A DNA stretch of 64,000 nucleotides, taken from Bacteroidales bacterium. GTDB taxonomy: Bacteria; Bacteroidota; Bacteroidia; Bacteroidales; PUMT01. Shown piece by piece: positions 15,527-26,003 of the stretch (its first letter is position 1; every line of letters starts with the position of its first letter). The DNA is taken from NCBI GenBank assembly GCA_007125955.1, contig SLCF01000008.1, positions 1,913-65,912 of the forward strand, written 5' to 3'. The position numbers were made by a program, and so were the translations under genes. The notes under the pieces are model-generated. The model made no database searches. It had not been told where the DNA came from and saw only the letters and a program-made list of their open reading frames with translations.

Positions 15527-15877
15527 CTAACGGGAGAGGGTGACGCTTACCTTTTCCATACGACCCCCCATCTGGGGGTTCATTTTGGAGACCTTCACCT
15601 TTGCATGGACAATCTCCCCAAAAGAGTCATACAGTCCACTGAGAATACGCCCCGCTACATTTTCGAGAAGGTGCGACTTCTGTTCCATCTGCTCTTTTAC
15701 AATATCATAAGCTTTCTGATAATTGAGCGCATCCTCAATTTTGTCGGTCTGCGACGGCTTATCCAGGTCAGTTTCAATTTCCATGTCAACCAGAAACTGA
15801 TTACCCGCTATACGCTCTTCCCTGTAACAGCCATGAAAGGAATGAAATTCCATTTTCTCGATTTGTATAAGTCCCAT
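15527..15877 (-). CDS. folB: Dihydroneopterin aldolase
   Basis: 116 aa. IEKMEFHSFHGCYREERIAGNQFLVDMEI and the KVKVSK C-terminal pattern are typical of FolB. Confidence 0.8.
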   Translation of the reverse strand: MGLIQIEKMEFHSFHGCYREERIAGNQFLVDMEIETDLDKPSQTDKIEDALNYQKAYDIVKEQMEQKSHLLENVAGRILSGLYDSFGEIVHAKVKVSKMNPQMGGRMEKVSVTLSR

Positions 15878-15975
15878 ACCGGTATGTTTTTTACGGTAAA
15901 ATTAAATAAAGGTGCTTTAAAAACTAATTTTAAAAAATATGGCTGCAATTATTGAAGCATTTAAACAATTCCTTT

Positions 15976-15983
15976 TATTTTTG
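15976..15983 (+). promoter_or_regulatory. Candidate -7 promoter element (TATTTTTG) upstream of glnS
   Basis: Matches the Bacteroidota TAnnTTTG consensus, 38 nt upstream of the glnS ATG. Motif match only. Confidence 0.3.
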
Positions 15984-16020
15984 AAAATTATTCCACAGCA
16001 AGAACAAGCATGAACTGAAA

Positions 16021-17721
16021 ATGAACAAGCCGGAAAAAAAGGAAAACAGAGAAGAAAATGATCGCTCTTTGAATTTCATCGAGCAGATAGTAGAAGCTGA
16101 TATCAGAAACAAAAAGAATGAGGGCAGGGTACACACCCGCTTCCCCCCTGAGCCGAACGGATACCTGCATATAGGACATGCAAAGTCCATATGTCTCAAT
16201 TTCGGCCTTGCAGAAAAATACAACGGGCTATGCAACCTGCGTTTTGACGACACCAATCCCATAACCGAAAGCGTTGAATATGTCGACTCCATCAAGGAGG
16301 ATGTCCGCTGGCTGGGATTTGACTGGGGAGAAAGACTCTATTTTGCATCCGATTATTTTGAAAAATTTTATGAATTTGCCGTTCGCCTAATTGAAAAGGG
16401 AAAAGCATATGTATGCGACCTTTCGTCTCCACAGATTGCAGAAGAGAGGGGCACGCCCACACGGCCGGGTAAAAAGAGCCCTTACCGCAGCCGCACTGTT
16501 GAGGAAAATCTTTCCCTGTTCCGCAGAATGCGGGAGGGGGAGTTCGGAAACGGCGAAAAGGTGCTGAGGGCAAAGATAGATATGGCCTCTCCAAACATGC
16601 ATTTACGCGACCCTGTTATGTACCGGATAATACATGCAGAACACCACCGTACAGGTAATAAATGGTGTATTTATCCGACATACGACTTTGCACACGGCCA
16701 AAGCGATTCGATTGAAAAGATAACCCACTCTATCTGCACACTGGAGTTTGAAGTGCACCGGCCACTGTACGAATGGTTCATCAGTGAACTGGAAATATTC
16801 CCTAGCAGGCAAATTGAATTTGCCAGACTGGAGCTCAACTATACAATAATGAGCAAGCGGAAACTTATGCAACTGGTTAACGAAGGTTATGTAAAAGGCT
16901 GGGATGACCCGCGGATGCCAACAATTAGCGGACTTCGCAGGCGCGGTTACACTCCCGAAGCTATAAGAAATTTTGCCGTAAGGGTGGGGGTTGCCAAAAG
17001 GGACAATATAATTGACGTTGCACTGTTGGAACACAGTATACGTGAAGATCTCAACAAGAGGTCACCAAGGGTAATGGCTGTGATTAACCCGGTCAGACTC
17101 GTTATTACAAACTACCCGGAAGGAAAGAGTGAAGAGCTGGAAGCTCCTGTCAATCCGGAAAACCCGGATGCAGGAAAGCGTCAGCTCACCTTCTCGCGCG
17201 AACTTTTTATTGAAAGGGATGACTTTATGGAAGACCCGCCCAAAAAGTTCTTCCGTCTCACCCCCGGGAGGGAAGTGAGACTAAAATATGCATATATTAT
17301 AAAATGTGAGGATGTCATAAAGGACATCTCAGGTGAAATAACCGAAATAAGGTGCACATACGACCCGGAAACCCGGAGCGGTACTCCCGGCAGCACACGG
17401 AAAGTCAAAAGTACCATTCACTGGGTATCAGCGAAACATGCAAAGCCGGCAGAGATAAGGCTGTTCGACCGGCTTTTCAGCAACGAGAATCCTGATGAAG
17501 CTGAAGAAGAGAAGGATTTCAAAAGTAATATCAATCCGGATTCGCTGAAGATTGTTGATGGATACGTAGAACCCGAACTTTTCACACTTAACGTACTTGA
17601 CAGGTTTCAATTCGAAAGGCTTGGTTATTTTTGCGTTGACAACTCTTCCACACCTGACAGGCCGGTTTTCAACCGCACAGTTACATTAAGGGATGCCTGG
17701 GCAAAAATCAAAAACAGATAA
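16021..17721 (+). CDS. glnS: Glutaminyl-tRNA synthetase
   Basis: 566 aa. Class I HIGH motif ([14 protein letters not shown]), KMSKS variant (IMSKRKL) and co-linear GlnRS blocks. Confidence 0.95.
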   Translation: MNKPEKKENREENDRSLNFIEQIVEADIRNKKNEGRVHTRFPPEPNGYLHIGHAKSICLNFGLAEKYNGLCNLRFDDTNPITESVEYVDSIKEDVRWLGFDWGERLYFASDYFEKFYEFAVRLIEKGKAYVCDLSSPQIAEERGTPTRPGKKSPYRSRTVEENLSLFRRMREGEFGNGEKVLRAKIDMASPNMHLRDPVMYRIIHAEHHRTGNKWCIYPTYDFAHGQSDSIEKITHSICTLEFEVHRPLYEWFISELEIFPSRQIEFARLELNYTIMSKRKLMQLVNEGYVKGWDDPRMPTISGLRRRGYTPEAIRNFAVRVGVAKRDNIIDVALLEHSIREDLNKRSPRVMAVINPVRLVITNYPEGKSEELEAPVNPENPDAGKRQLTFSRELFIERDDFMEDPPKKFFRLTPGREVRLKYAYIIKCEDVIKDISGEITEIRCTYDPETRSGTPGSTRKVKSTIHWVSAKHAKPAEIRLFDRLFSNENPDEAEEEKDFKSNINPDSLKIVDGYVEPELFTLNVLDRFQFERLGYFCVDNSSTPDRPVFNRTVTLRDAWAKIKNR

Positions 17722-17743
17722 AAACAGGTGCCCAAATACTGGT

Positions 17744-17786
17744 TTGATCATTTGCCCCGTTCACAAATAACAGGGCAAATGATCAA
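17744..17786 (+). terminator. Terminator-like hairpin after glnS
   Basis: 14-bp inverted repeat TTGATCATTTGCCC / GGGCAAATGATCAA with a 15-nt loop, followed by TATTT. It starts 23 nt after the glnS stop. Confidence 0.5.
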
Positions 17787-17816
17787 TATTTCATGCATGT
17801 TTCTTAAAATTAGTTA

Positions 17817-17824
17817 TATTTTTG
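17817..17824 (+). promoter_or_regulatory. Candidate -7 promoter element (TATTTTTG) upstream of mttB paralog 3
   Basis: TAnnTTTG match 57 nt upstream of the ATG at 17881, after the glnS terminator. Motif match only. Confidence 0.25.
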
Positions 17825-17880
17825 TTTTGCTTTTAACATTTGAAATATTGTTACACCTTTAAAAAAGACGGGGGGTTATT

Positions 17881-19344
17881 ATGAAGAAGGGGTCTAAGAG
17901 CATGTTTTTCAATATGGTGAGCGATTCAGATATGGAAAGGATACATGAAGCATCCCTCTCTTTGCTTGAAGAAATGGGTGTTTACAGTGAATCAGACCTG
18001 ATTCTGGATGTTTTTAAAAAGGGAGGTGTAAATGTTGATTCTGCATCTCGTGTGATCAGGATTCCCCGGAATATGGTAGAAGAGTCTCTGAAACAGGCTC
18101 CATCTAAATTTGTGCTTCATGGCAGGATACCTGAAATGGATGTTTTGATGGAGCCCGGTAAGGTATATTTCGGAATGGGGGGATCGCCGGAACCTTTTAT
18201 ATGGGATTACAGGAAAGGTAAAAAAAGGATTCCTTCAAAAAAGGACATGGAGGAGTGTACAAGACTTGGTGAGTCGCTTGAGAATGTCGATTTTATTGGT
18301 GCAATTTGCAGTGCGGGCGACAAACCTCAAGGGGTTCAGTTGTTCCACGAATACGATGCATTGCTTCGCAATACCACAAAGCCATTGCTCTACAGCGCCC
18401 CAAGCCGTTATCATGTAAGAAAGTTTATAGAAATGGCGGCAATAGCAAGCGGCGGAGAAGAAGAACTGCGAAAAAGACCCTCTATCGGGATATTTACAGA
18501 AACTGTTTCTCCCATGAAGGTCGCAAAATACAGTGACGGTACAATAGATGCTGCAAAGATGGGCATACCCGTTATAGTTGCCCTTGCACCAATGATGGGA
18601 GCTACAAGCCCGGCTACAAAAGCAGGAACACTTGTTCAGGGAAATGCGGAAGCTTTGTTTGGTGTAGTTCTTGCACAGTTGGTCAAACCGGGAGCGCCGG
18701 TAATTTACGGTCCGGGAACAGGAACATTTGATATGTCGGTGTCGGAATACACATATGCCAGCCCGGAGCAAACTGCCGCCAGGTCTGTTGTAGCACAGCT
18801 CGGGAAGTTTTACAACCTGCCTACCTATAATCTGGGCGGGGCTGCGGAGTCAAAGTTGCCAGACGCTGAAGCAGGTTCACAGGCTATGATGGGAATGCTG
18901 ATGAATGCCCTTTCCGGAATAACACTTACCAAGGTTATGGGAACTCTGGCGGGCGGCATGTACGGCTCAAAAGAGATGCTGCTGATATGCGATGAAATTG
19001 CCGGGATGGTTAAACAGATACTTAAGGGAATAACAATAGACGATAATACAATCGGACTGGATGTAATAAAAGATGTGGGGCATGGTGGCAACTTCCTTGA
19101 ACATGAGCATACAGCAGAAAATTTCAGGAATGAGTTTTTCTTTCCCCGGCTTTTCAAAAGACAAAATATCTCCGTATGGGAAAAGGAAGGAAAAAGAAAC
19201 ATACTGGATCTGGCAAATGAAAAGTCAGAAGATATTATAAGATCGTCAAAGCCTGTTGAACTTCCGGGGAATGCTGACAAAGAACTCCGAAGGGCTCTGA
19301 TCGAGGCCGAAAAGTACATTTCTGGAAACATTAAGGGGGAATAA
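17881..19344 (+). CDS. MttB-superfamily corrinoid-dependent methyltransferase, non-pyrrolysine, paralog 3 (divergent)
   Basis: 487 aa uninterrupted ORF. Blocks FTETVSPM, MMGATSPATKAGTLVQGNAEALFGVVLAQLVKPGAPVIYG and YNLGGAAESKLPDAEAG. It is distinctly different from the tandem pair. Confidence 0.85.
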   Translation: MKKGSKSMFFNMVSDSDMERIHEASLSLLEEMGVYSESDLILDVFKKGGVNVDSASRVIRIPRNMVEESLKQAPSKFVLHGRIPEMDVLMEPGKVYFGMGGSPEPFIWDYRKGKKRIPSKKDMEECTRLGESLENVDFIGAICSAGDKPQGVQLFHEYDALLRNTTKPLLYSAPSRYHVRKFIEMAAIASGGEEELRKRPSIGIFTETVSPMKVAKYSDGTIDAAKMGIPVIVALAPMMGATSPATKAGTLVQGNAEALFGVVLAQLVKPGAPVIYGPGTGTFDMSVSEYTYASPEQTAARSVVAQLGKFYNLPTYNLGGAAESKLPDAEAGSQAMMGMLMNALSGITLTKVMGTLAGGMYGSKEMLLICDEIAGMVKQILKGITIDDNTIGLDVIKDVGHGGNFLEHEHTAENFRNEFFFPRLFKRQNISVWEKEGKRNILDLANEKSEDIIRSSKPVELPGNADKELRRALIEAEKYISGNIKGE

Positions 19345-19412
19345 TTGTATTATATTATCAGGGTATTAAAATCGGAGCTTTAAAAATATTTTCTAATCAT
19401 AAAACCATCGTT

Positions 19413-20180
19413 ATGATTGAACAACCGGTATTTATAGACAACCTTAAAAAGGTGAGGGAAAAGTCACCCCTGATACACAGTATTACCAATTATGTGGTAA
19501 TGAACTATACAGCAAACGCCCTTCTTGCCATTGGAGCTTCACCTGTAATGGCGCATGCCAGGGAAGAAATGGAGGAGATGGTTTCCATTTCATCTGCACT
19601 TGTTCTGAACCTTGGGACATTGAGCAACAAATGGATCGAGTCAATGCACATTGCAGGAAAAGAGGCGAAAAAAATCGGTAAACCGATAGTTCTTGACCCG
19701 GTAGGGGCAGGGGCCACTTTTATGAGAACAAGAACGGCTCATATAATAATGGAAGAGATAGAGCCTGCTATAATCCGTGGAAACGCCTCGGAGATTCTGG
19801 CAGTAGCAAAATCGGTCGTCTCAACCAAAGGAGTGGAAAGTACAGTTGCACCGGAAGATGTTATTGAGATTGGGAAGGAACTTGCACTGAAAACCGGTTC
19901 TATTATAAGCATAAGCGGGAAAACCGACTATATTACAGACGGGAAAAACGTCCATATTATTGAACAGGGGCATCCGCTCATGGGAAGGGTAACCGGCACA
20001 GGTTGTGTCGCTTCAGTACTGACAGCAGCATTTGCAGCAGTCAACAGCGACTACCTCTCTGCTTCAACCTGTGCTATGATGGCTATGGGAAATGCTGCAG
20101 AACAAGCCGGAAAGGAAGCTTCTGCTCCCGGAACCTTTAACTACAAGTTCATTGATGCTCTTTACAACCTGGGAAAATAG
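19413..20180 (+). CDS. thiM: Hydroxyethylthiazole kinase
   Basis: 255 aa. PLIHSITNYVVMNYTANALLAIGASPVMA and VTGTGC blocks are typical of ThiM. Confidence 0.85.
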   Translation: MIEQPVFIDNLKKVREKSPLIHSITNYVVMNYTANALLAIGASPVMAHAREEMEEMVSISSALVLNLGTLSNKWIESMHIAGKEAKKIGKPIVLDPVGAGATFMRTRTAHIIMEEIEPAIIRGNASEILAVAKSVVSTKGVESTVAPEDVIEIGKELALKTGSIISISGKTDYITDGKNVHIIEQGHPLMGRVTGTGCVASVLTAAFAAVNSDYLSASTCAMMAMGNAAEQAGKEASAPGTFNYKFIDALYNLGK

Positions 20181-20186
20181 TTTATA

Positions 20187-20840
20187 GTGAATCCAAGACT
20201 GCTTTTAGACCCTCTCCTGTACCTGGTAACTGACAGGAAGTTATCACACGGGAGACCTTTGACCGAAATTGTTGAAAAAGCAGTGGCGGGGGGAGTAACA
20301 GTCGTACAGCTAAGGGAAAAAGATATGAGCACAAGGGCTTTTATCGAAGAGGCTCTTGCAGTAAAAATGGTGCTTGACATCCACGGGGTGCCGCTGCTAA
20401 TAAACGACAGAACAGATGTAGCCCTTGCAGTTGATGCAGCAGGAGTTCATCTGGGCCAGGAAGACATGCCATGCGGTATTGCAAGAAGGGTGCTGGGAGC
20501 AGACAAGATCATCGGTCTTTCAGTTGAAAATGTTCAACAAGCAGAGGAGGCAAACAGTAAAGATATAGATTACATAGCCGTGAGCCCCGTCTTTAGCACT
20601 TCAACAAAAAAGGAGCTGACAAAGGGACTGGGCATTGAGGGAGTTAAAAAGATAGCCTCTTTATCAAAACACCCTGCTGTGGCAATAGGCAGTATAAAGG
20701 AAAATAATGCAGCAGCAATTATGCAGGCAGGTGCATCAGGTATTGCGGTCGTTTCGGCAATCTGTTCTTCACCCGACCCAGAGATGGCGGCAGCAGGATT
20801 ACTGAGGGAGGCACTTAAAGGGAGGATCATTAAATATTGA
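20187..20840 (+). CDS. thiE: Thiamine-phosphate synthase
   Basis: 217 aa, GTG start. LYLVTD, VVQLREKD, LLINDR, GVHLGQED and SPVFST blocks. Confidence 0.85.
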   Translation: MNPRLLLDPLLYLVTDRKLSHGRPLTEIVEKAVAGGVTVVQLREKDMSTRAFIEEALAVKMVLDIHGVPLLINDRTDVALAVDAAGVHLGQEDMPCGIARRVLGADKIIGLSVENVQQAEEANSKDIDYIAVSPVFSTSTKKELTKGLGIEGVKKIASLSKHPAVAIGSIKENNAAAIMQAGASGIAVVSAICSSPDPEMAAAGLLREALKGRIIKY

Positions 20841-20842
20841 AT

Positions 20843-21691
20843 ATGGCAGGTTTTAGAAAGTACATAAAAGGATTGACGATTGCAGGCTCTGACAGCGGAG
20901 GCGGGGCAGGGATACAGGCCGACCTGAAAACCTTTTCGGCTTTCGGAATTTACGGAATGTCTGTTATTACTGCTATTACAGCGCAGAACACAAAAGGGGT
21001 TACCGGTATTCATCCTGTACCCGCAGGGATGATCGTAAAGCAGCTTCAGTCAGTTCTGAGCGATATTGGCACCGATGCCGTAAAGATCGGAATGATGCAC
21101 AACTCTGAAACTATTGAAACAATTGTTTCCGTGCTTTCAGAGTACAAGACGGGAAATATTGTTGTTGATCCTGTAATGACAGCTGCTTCAGGCGACAAGC
21201 TGCTGCGCGAAGAAGCTATCTCCACACTGGCGGAAAAGATGCTGCCGGCTGCATCCATAATAACCCCCAATCTATATGAGGCAGAAATAATTCTGGAGAG
21301 GGAGATAAATAACCGTAAGGAATTCACAAAAGCGGCAAAAGACCTTGCTGATACAGGCGCAAAAGCTATACTGCTGAAAGCAGGCCATTTTGAAGAAAGG
21401 GGAATTATTACCGATACTCTTTTCATTGCTTCTACAGGTGAGCTTTTTGAGTTCAGCAACCCTAAGATCGAAACCAACAACACCCACGGTACAGGATGCA
21501 CACTCTCCTCAGCCATTGCTGCCGGTCTTGCTAACGGATGGTCAATAAAAAAAGCTGTTGAGGAGGGAATAATCTACACCTACAAGGCAATAGCAACGGG
21601 TGCAAAATATAAAACAGGAAGCGGACAGGGGCCGGTTAACCATTTCCATGTCTGGCAGAAACAGGATACAAATACCGGTAAACAACAATAG
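20843..21691 (+). CDS. thiD: Hydroxymethylpyrimidine / phosphomethylpyrimidine kinase
   Basis: LTIAGSDSGGGAGIQADLKTF, KIGM, DPVM and HGTGCTLSSAIAA blocks. I prefer the ATG at 20843 over the TTG at 20837. Confidence 0.85.
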   Translation: MAGFRKYIKGLTIAGSDSGGGAGIQADLKTFSAFGIYGMSVITAITAQNTKGVTGIHPVPAGMIVKQLQSVLSDIGTDAVKIGMMHNSETIETIVSVLSEYKTGNIVVDPVMTAASGDKLLREEAISTLAEKMLPAASIITPNLYEAEIILEREINNRKEFTKAAKDLADTGAKAILLKAGHFEERGIITDTLFIASTGELFEFSNPKIETNNTHGTGCTLSSAIAAGLANGWSIKKAVEEGIIYTYKAIATGAKYKTGSGQGPVNHFHVWQKQDTNTGKQQ

Positions 21692-21838
21692 GCTGAAGAA
21701 ATAACAGATAACCCTTCAGCTCTTAATATATTCCCCATCAAAATAAATACAGGAAGAATAAAAACCATAGCATTTAAATAATTTTATAATATTTGCGTTT
21801 CAAAAAAAGGCTATAACAAATAACAGTGAGGAATTTTT

Positions 21839-23371
21839 ATGGTAATAATTGGTGAACTGATAAAAAAGGCTATTGAGCTATCGAGCAATATAATAACAAA
21901 CCCCGATCCTGTTACAGCTCAAAAACAGGTGCTGAAAGAGCTTCTGGATAAGGCAAAAAACACCTCTTTTGGCAGGAGTTATGATTTCAGGTCAGTTTCC
22001 TCCGCCAATGACCCCCAAAAAGCATTTGCCTCTGCCGTTCCTTATTTTGATTACGACAGGATTTACAATGAATGGTGGAAAAGGACTTATGCTGGAGAAG
22101 AAAATATTACATGGCCCGGAAAACCCGGATTTTTTGCACTCAGCAGCGGTACAACAAGCAAGACCAAATATATACCGGTCACCGATGATATGCTTAACTC
22201 CATCAGGAACGCCGGAATTCAAAAGGTTTTGAGCCTGGCTGATTTTGACCTCCCTTCCGGATTTTTTGAAAAGGAGGTGTTGATGCTGGGAAGCAGTACA
22301 AATTTAAAAAAGGCCGGAGAACATTTGGAAGGTGAAATAAGCGGCATTGGCGCTTATAACATTCCTTTCTGGTTCAGGCGCTATTGCAAGCCCGGCCCCG
22401 AAATAACCGATTTAACTGACTGGGACGAAAAGGTTAGACAGATAGCCATTAAGGCACCTGAATGGGATATTGGTGCAATTTCAGGTATTCCTTCGTGGAT
22501 AGAGCTTATGCTTAAAAAGATAATGGAGCACAACAAGCTGAAAAATATTCATGAAATCTGGCCTGGGCTGGAAGTTTACACTCCCGGCGGGGTTGCATTT
22601 GATTCCTACAGGGAAAGCTTCAACAGTATATTCGGCAGGCCTGTTATTATACTTGACACCTACCTTGCTTCCGAGGGATACCTTGCCACCCAGACCCGCA
22701 GAGATACAGATTCAATGACCCTGCTTACAAACAACGGGGTTTATTTTGAATTTGTCCCCCTTTTGCCTGAAAATATAAGTGAAGAAGGGTCGGTAATCGA
22801 CGGGGCAAAAGCACTGACTATTGGGGATGTTGAAGAAGGAGTTGACTATATACTTGTTATAAGCACCGTTGCAGGAGCATGGCGTTACATGATTGGCGAT
22901 ACAATCAGGTTCACCGACAAAGAAAGGATGGAAATCAGACTGACAGGAAGGACAAAATATTTCCTAAACATAGTCGGCTCACAGCTTTCGGAGATACAAA
23001 TGATCAGGGCTATGGAAGAACTTAAAGCAATCAAAGGAATTAATATCCAGGAATTTACCGTTAGCGCAGTAAGGCAGGGAGAAGGGTATATCCACCGCTG
23101 GTACCTTGGTTGCAGAAAATGCCCTGATATCAACGAAAAGGAGATAGCCAGGCAACTGGATCTGCTTTTGCAGGATAAGAACAAAAACTATAAGGTTGCA
23201 CGTACCAAAGCCCTCAAAGATGTGGAAACCAGGGTTATTCCGGTTAAAAGGTTTTATGACTGGGCTGAAGCCAAAAAGCAAAAGGGAGGCCAGACAAAGG
23301 TCCCGAGAGTGATGATGGAAGAGCTGTTTAAGGAGTGGGAGAATTTCCTGACAGAAAGCAGACCTGAATAG
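21839..23371 (+). CDS. GH3-family (auxin-responsive-promoter family) adenylate-forming enzyme, function unknown in bacteria
   Basis: 510 aa. FALSSGTTSKTKYIPVT and the later YLASEG and RYMIGD blocks are typical of bacterial GH3 domain proteins. Confidence 0.7.
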   Translation: MVIIGELIKKAIELSSNIITNPDPVTAQKQVLKELLDKAKNTSFGRSYDFRSVSSANDPQKAFASAVPYFDYDRIYNEWWKRTYAGEENITWPGKPGFFALSSGTTSKTKYIPVTDDMLNSIRNAGIQKVLSLADFDLPSGFFEKEVLMLGSSTNLKKAGEHLEGEISGIGAYNIPFWFRRYCKPGPEITDLTDWDEKVRQIAIKAPEWDIGAISGIPSWIELMLKKIMEHNKLKNIHEIWPGLEVYTPGGVAFDSYRESFNSIFGRPVIILDTYLASEGYLATQTRRDTDSMTLLTNNGVYFEFVPLLPENISEEGSVIDGAKALTIGDVEEGVDYILVISTVAGAWRYMIGDTIRFTDKERMEIRLTGRTKYFLNIVGSQLSEIQMIRAMEELKAIKGINIQEFTVSAVRQGEGYIHRWYLGCRKCPDINEKEIARQLDLLLQDKNKNYKVARTKALKDVETRVIPVKRFYDWAEAKKQKGGQTKVPRVMMEELFKEWENFLTESRPE

Positions 23372-23569
23372 GTGTTTCGGATTTTCCTGTAGTTTGAACA
23401 AATTTAAAAATTGTCCCTGGAGATCTGCTTTTCAAAATAGCGGGGCTTTTTCATATTCGATTTTTTCTTTGTAGTTTTCTGCCCTCAAATTGAAGTACCG
23501 GATATCGGGATGCTTTCGTTCCGGCATCCTCATAAAGACAATCCGATAAACCTGTTTTAACTGACTGAT

Positions 23570-24337
23570 ATGGAAACTAAAAAGGGCTTGATAGGTATTG
23601 TGGGCGGTATGGGGCCCAGTGCAGGCATTGATATCGCCTCCAAAATAGTGGACCAGACAATTGCATCAAAAGATCAGGAGCATCTGCCCCAGATACTTTA
23701 TTCAGAACCGTCTGTAATAGGCGACCGTACGGAATATATACTGGGTAAAATTAAGGTTAACCCGGCATATAATATTGCCGGGATATTGCTGAAACTGGAA
23801 TCGGCAGGTGCAACCATTGCCTGCCTGGCCTGTAACTCGGCTCATGCGCCCCAGATATTCGATGTAATAGCCGAAGAGCTTTCAAAAAAGAGATCTTCAA
23901 TAAAACTTTTACATATTATTGACGAAGTTGGGAAATTCATAAAAGCCCTTTACCCGGAAATATCTAAAGTTGGTATACTTGGAACAAGCGGCACTTACAA
24001 GACCAACCAGTATTCGAGGATTAAGCAATTCGGGCTTGAAGCGGTAAATGTTACCCCAGCGGAACAGGAAAAGGTGCACAATTCTATTTACCACCCTGAA
24101 TACGGCATAAAATCACTGGGAGGTGTTGTATCGGACAGATCCAGAACTATACTTGAAGATGCAGCCCTTTCTTTAAAAAAGAAGGGAGCAGGAGCAGTTG
24201 TTCTTGGATGCACGGAACTGCCCCTTGCATTCAGAGAAAAAAGCTACAAGGGAATGCACCTGATTGACGCATCGCTTGTCCTTGCAAGGGCTCTGGTGCA
24301 CGCCCATTCGCCTGAAAAGCTAAAACCCTTGAAGTAA
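23570..24337 (+). CDS. Asp/Glu racemase-family amino-acid racemase (aspartate racemase-like)
   Basis: 255 aa with GGMGPSAG and the two catalytic Cys contexts LACNSAH and LGCTELP. Confidence 0.75.
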   Translation: METKKGLIGIVGGMGPSAGIDIASKIVDQTIASKDQEHLPQILYSEPSVIGDRTEYILGKIKVNPAYNIAGILLKLESAGATIACLACNSAHAPQIFDVIAEELSKKRSSIKLLHIIDEVGKFIKALYPEISKVGILGTSGTYKTNQYSRIKQFGLEAVNVTPAEQEKVHNSIYHPEYGIKSLGGVVSDRSRTILEDAALSLKKKGAGAVVLGCTELPLAFREKSYKGMHLIDASLVLARALVHAHSPEKLKPLK

Positions 24338-24340
24338 TTC

Positions 24341-25885
24341 TTAATTTTTTTCTCCTTCACCAAGTGTTTTGATTGCCATGTTAATCCTTGCGAGGGTTTC
24401 CTCTTTCCCAAGCATGGAAGCTATATTGAAAAGACCGGGACCCTTGCTTTCACCAACCAGTGCCAGACGAAGCGGCAACATTACCTTTCCCGCACCGGTA
24501 CCGTTTTGTTCAAGAAATGATTTTACGGCGGCTTCAGCAGCAACTGCTTCAAAGGGTTCTACCTTTTCAAGAACACCGGCAATTTTACTTAGCAGTACAG
24601 GGGTATCAGGTTTCCATTTCTTTTTCACAACCTGCCGGTCATACTTTTCTGGCCTGACAAAGAAGAAGAAAGACTCATCCCACAGCTCATGCACAAAGCT
24701 GACCCTCTCCTTAACAAGGCAGACAATCTCCTGTACCTTTGCAGGGGCTGCATCAACGCCTTTTTCCCTGAGTACGGGGATAAACAGCTTTGATATTTCT
24801 CCATCCGGTTTTTCGACAAGGTATTTATGATTAAACCACCTTGCTTTTCCGGGATCAAAGCGTGCACCCGATTTCCCCACTTTTTCAAGAGAAAAAGATT
24901 CAATCAGTTCCTCCATCGAAAAGATCTCCTTTTCTGTCCCGGGATTCCAGCCAAGCAATGCAAGTATATTCACAAATGCCCCGGGGAAATAACCCTCTTC
25001 ACGGTAACCCGTTGCAATATCTCCTGTTTGCGGATCTTCCCACTGAAGGGGAAATACCGGGAACCCCATTTTATCTCCGTCACGCTTGCTCAGTTTTCCC
25101 TGTCCACTAGGCTTCAGTAAAAGCGGAAGATGAGCAAAAACAGGCATTTGCTTCTCCCAGCCGAGACTGCGGTAAAGCATTATATGCAGGGGCAGGGAGG
25201 GCAGCCACTCTTCCCCTCTTATAACATGGGATATCTCCATAAGATGGTCATCTACAACATTTGCCAGATGGTAGGTAGGCATGCCATCCGACTTGTAAAG
25301 CACCTTATCGTCGAGTGTGGAAGTATTTACTTCCATTTTCCCCCTGATTTCATCTGTGAATACAACAGTTTCATTTTCCGGCATCCTGTACCTTATTACA
25401 AAAGGTTCGCCCGTTGTTAGTCGATCTTTTACCTCTGATTCTGATAAAGTAACAGAATTGGTAAACATTTTGCGCGTTGAGGAATCGTACTGGAAAACCC
25501 CTTTATTTTCCTTTTCATACTCTTTGCGTATTTCATCAAGCTCTTCAGGTGTATCAAAAGCGTAATAAGCATCGCCGCATTCAATCAGCTGCAGGGCATA
25601 CTGCCTGTAAATATCTTTTCTGTCCGATTGGTGGTAAGGATTACACGGACCTCCAACGGGCACACCTTCATCAGTTTCAATCCCGCACCATCTTAAAGAT
25701 TCGATTATATACTCCTCTGCTCCGGGCACATACCGTTCCCTGTCCGTGTCTTCGATCCGTAATATAAAAACACCGTTGTTCCTGCGGGCAAAAAGATAAT
25801 TGAAAAGAGCTGTACGAACTCCTCCGATATGGAGTGGCCCTGTGGGACTTGGAGCAAAACGGACTCTGACTTTATTCTTTTTCAT
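24341..25885 (-). CDS. gltX: Glutamyl-tRNA synthetase
   Basis: 514 aa. RFAPSPTGPLHIGGVRTALFNY (HIGH) and KLSKRDG (KMSKS). Confidence 0.95.
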   Translation of the reverse strand: MKKNKVRVRFAPSPTGPLHIGGVRTALFNYLFARRNNGVFILRIEDTDRERYVPGAEEYIIESLRWCGIETDEGVPVGGPCNPYHQSDRKDIYRQYALQLIECGDAYYAFDTPEELDEIRKEYEKENKGVFQYDSSTRKMFTNSVTLSESEVKDRLTTGEPFVIRYRMPENETVVFTDEIRGKMEVNTSTLDDKVLYKSDGMPTYHLANVVDDHLMEISHVIRGEEWLPSLPLHIMLYRSLGWEKQMPVFAHLPLLLKPSGQGKLSKRDGDKMGFPVFPLQWEDPQTGDIATGYREEGYFPGAFVNILALLGWNPGTEKEIFSMEELIESFSLEKVGKSGARFDPGKARWFNHKYLVEKPDGEISKLFIPVLREKGVDAAPAKVQEIVCLVKERVSFVHELWDESFFFFVRPEKYDRQVVKKKWKPDTPVLLSKIAGVLEKVEPFEAVAAEAAVKSFLEQNGTGAGKVMLPLRLALVGESKGPGLFNIASMLGKEETLARINMAIKTLGEGEKN

Positions 25886-26003
25886 CCGGCCATTTATTTA
25901 AGTCATAAAGAAACTGTGCAGAAATGGATTAGATCAAGGCAAACAGAGACTTGTTCACATTCAAATCCCTGCCGCCTCAATTGCATCCTGAAAAACTCAT
26001 ATA

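Noticed and set aside
15329-15955. 208-aa plus-strand ORF
   Set aside because: It overlaps the antisense of tRNA-Cys and the whole of folB, its composition is not protein-like, and the opposite strand has clear homology.
17722-19412. TPP riboswitch ahead of thiM-thiE-thiD
   Set aside because: The 68-nt mttB3-thiM gap is too short, and neither it nor the 159-nt region before mttB3 contains the conserved CTGAGA / ACCTGATCTGGATAATGCCAGCG-like elements.
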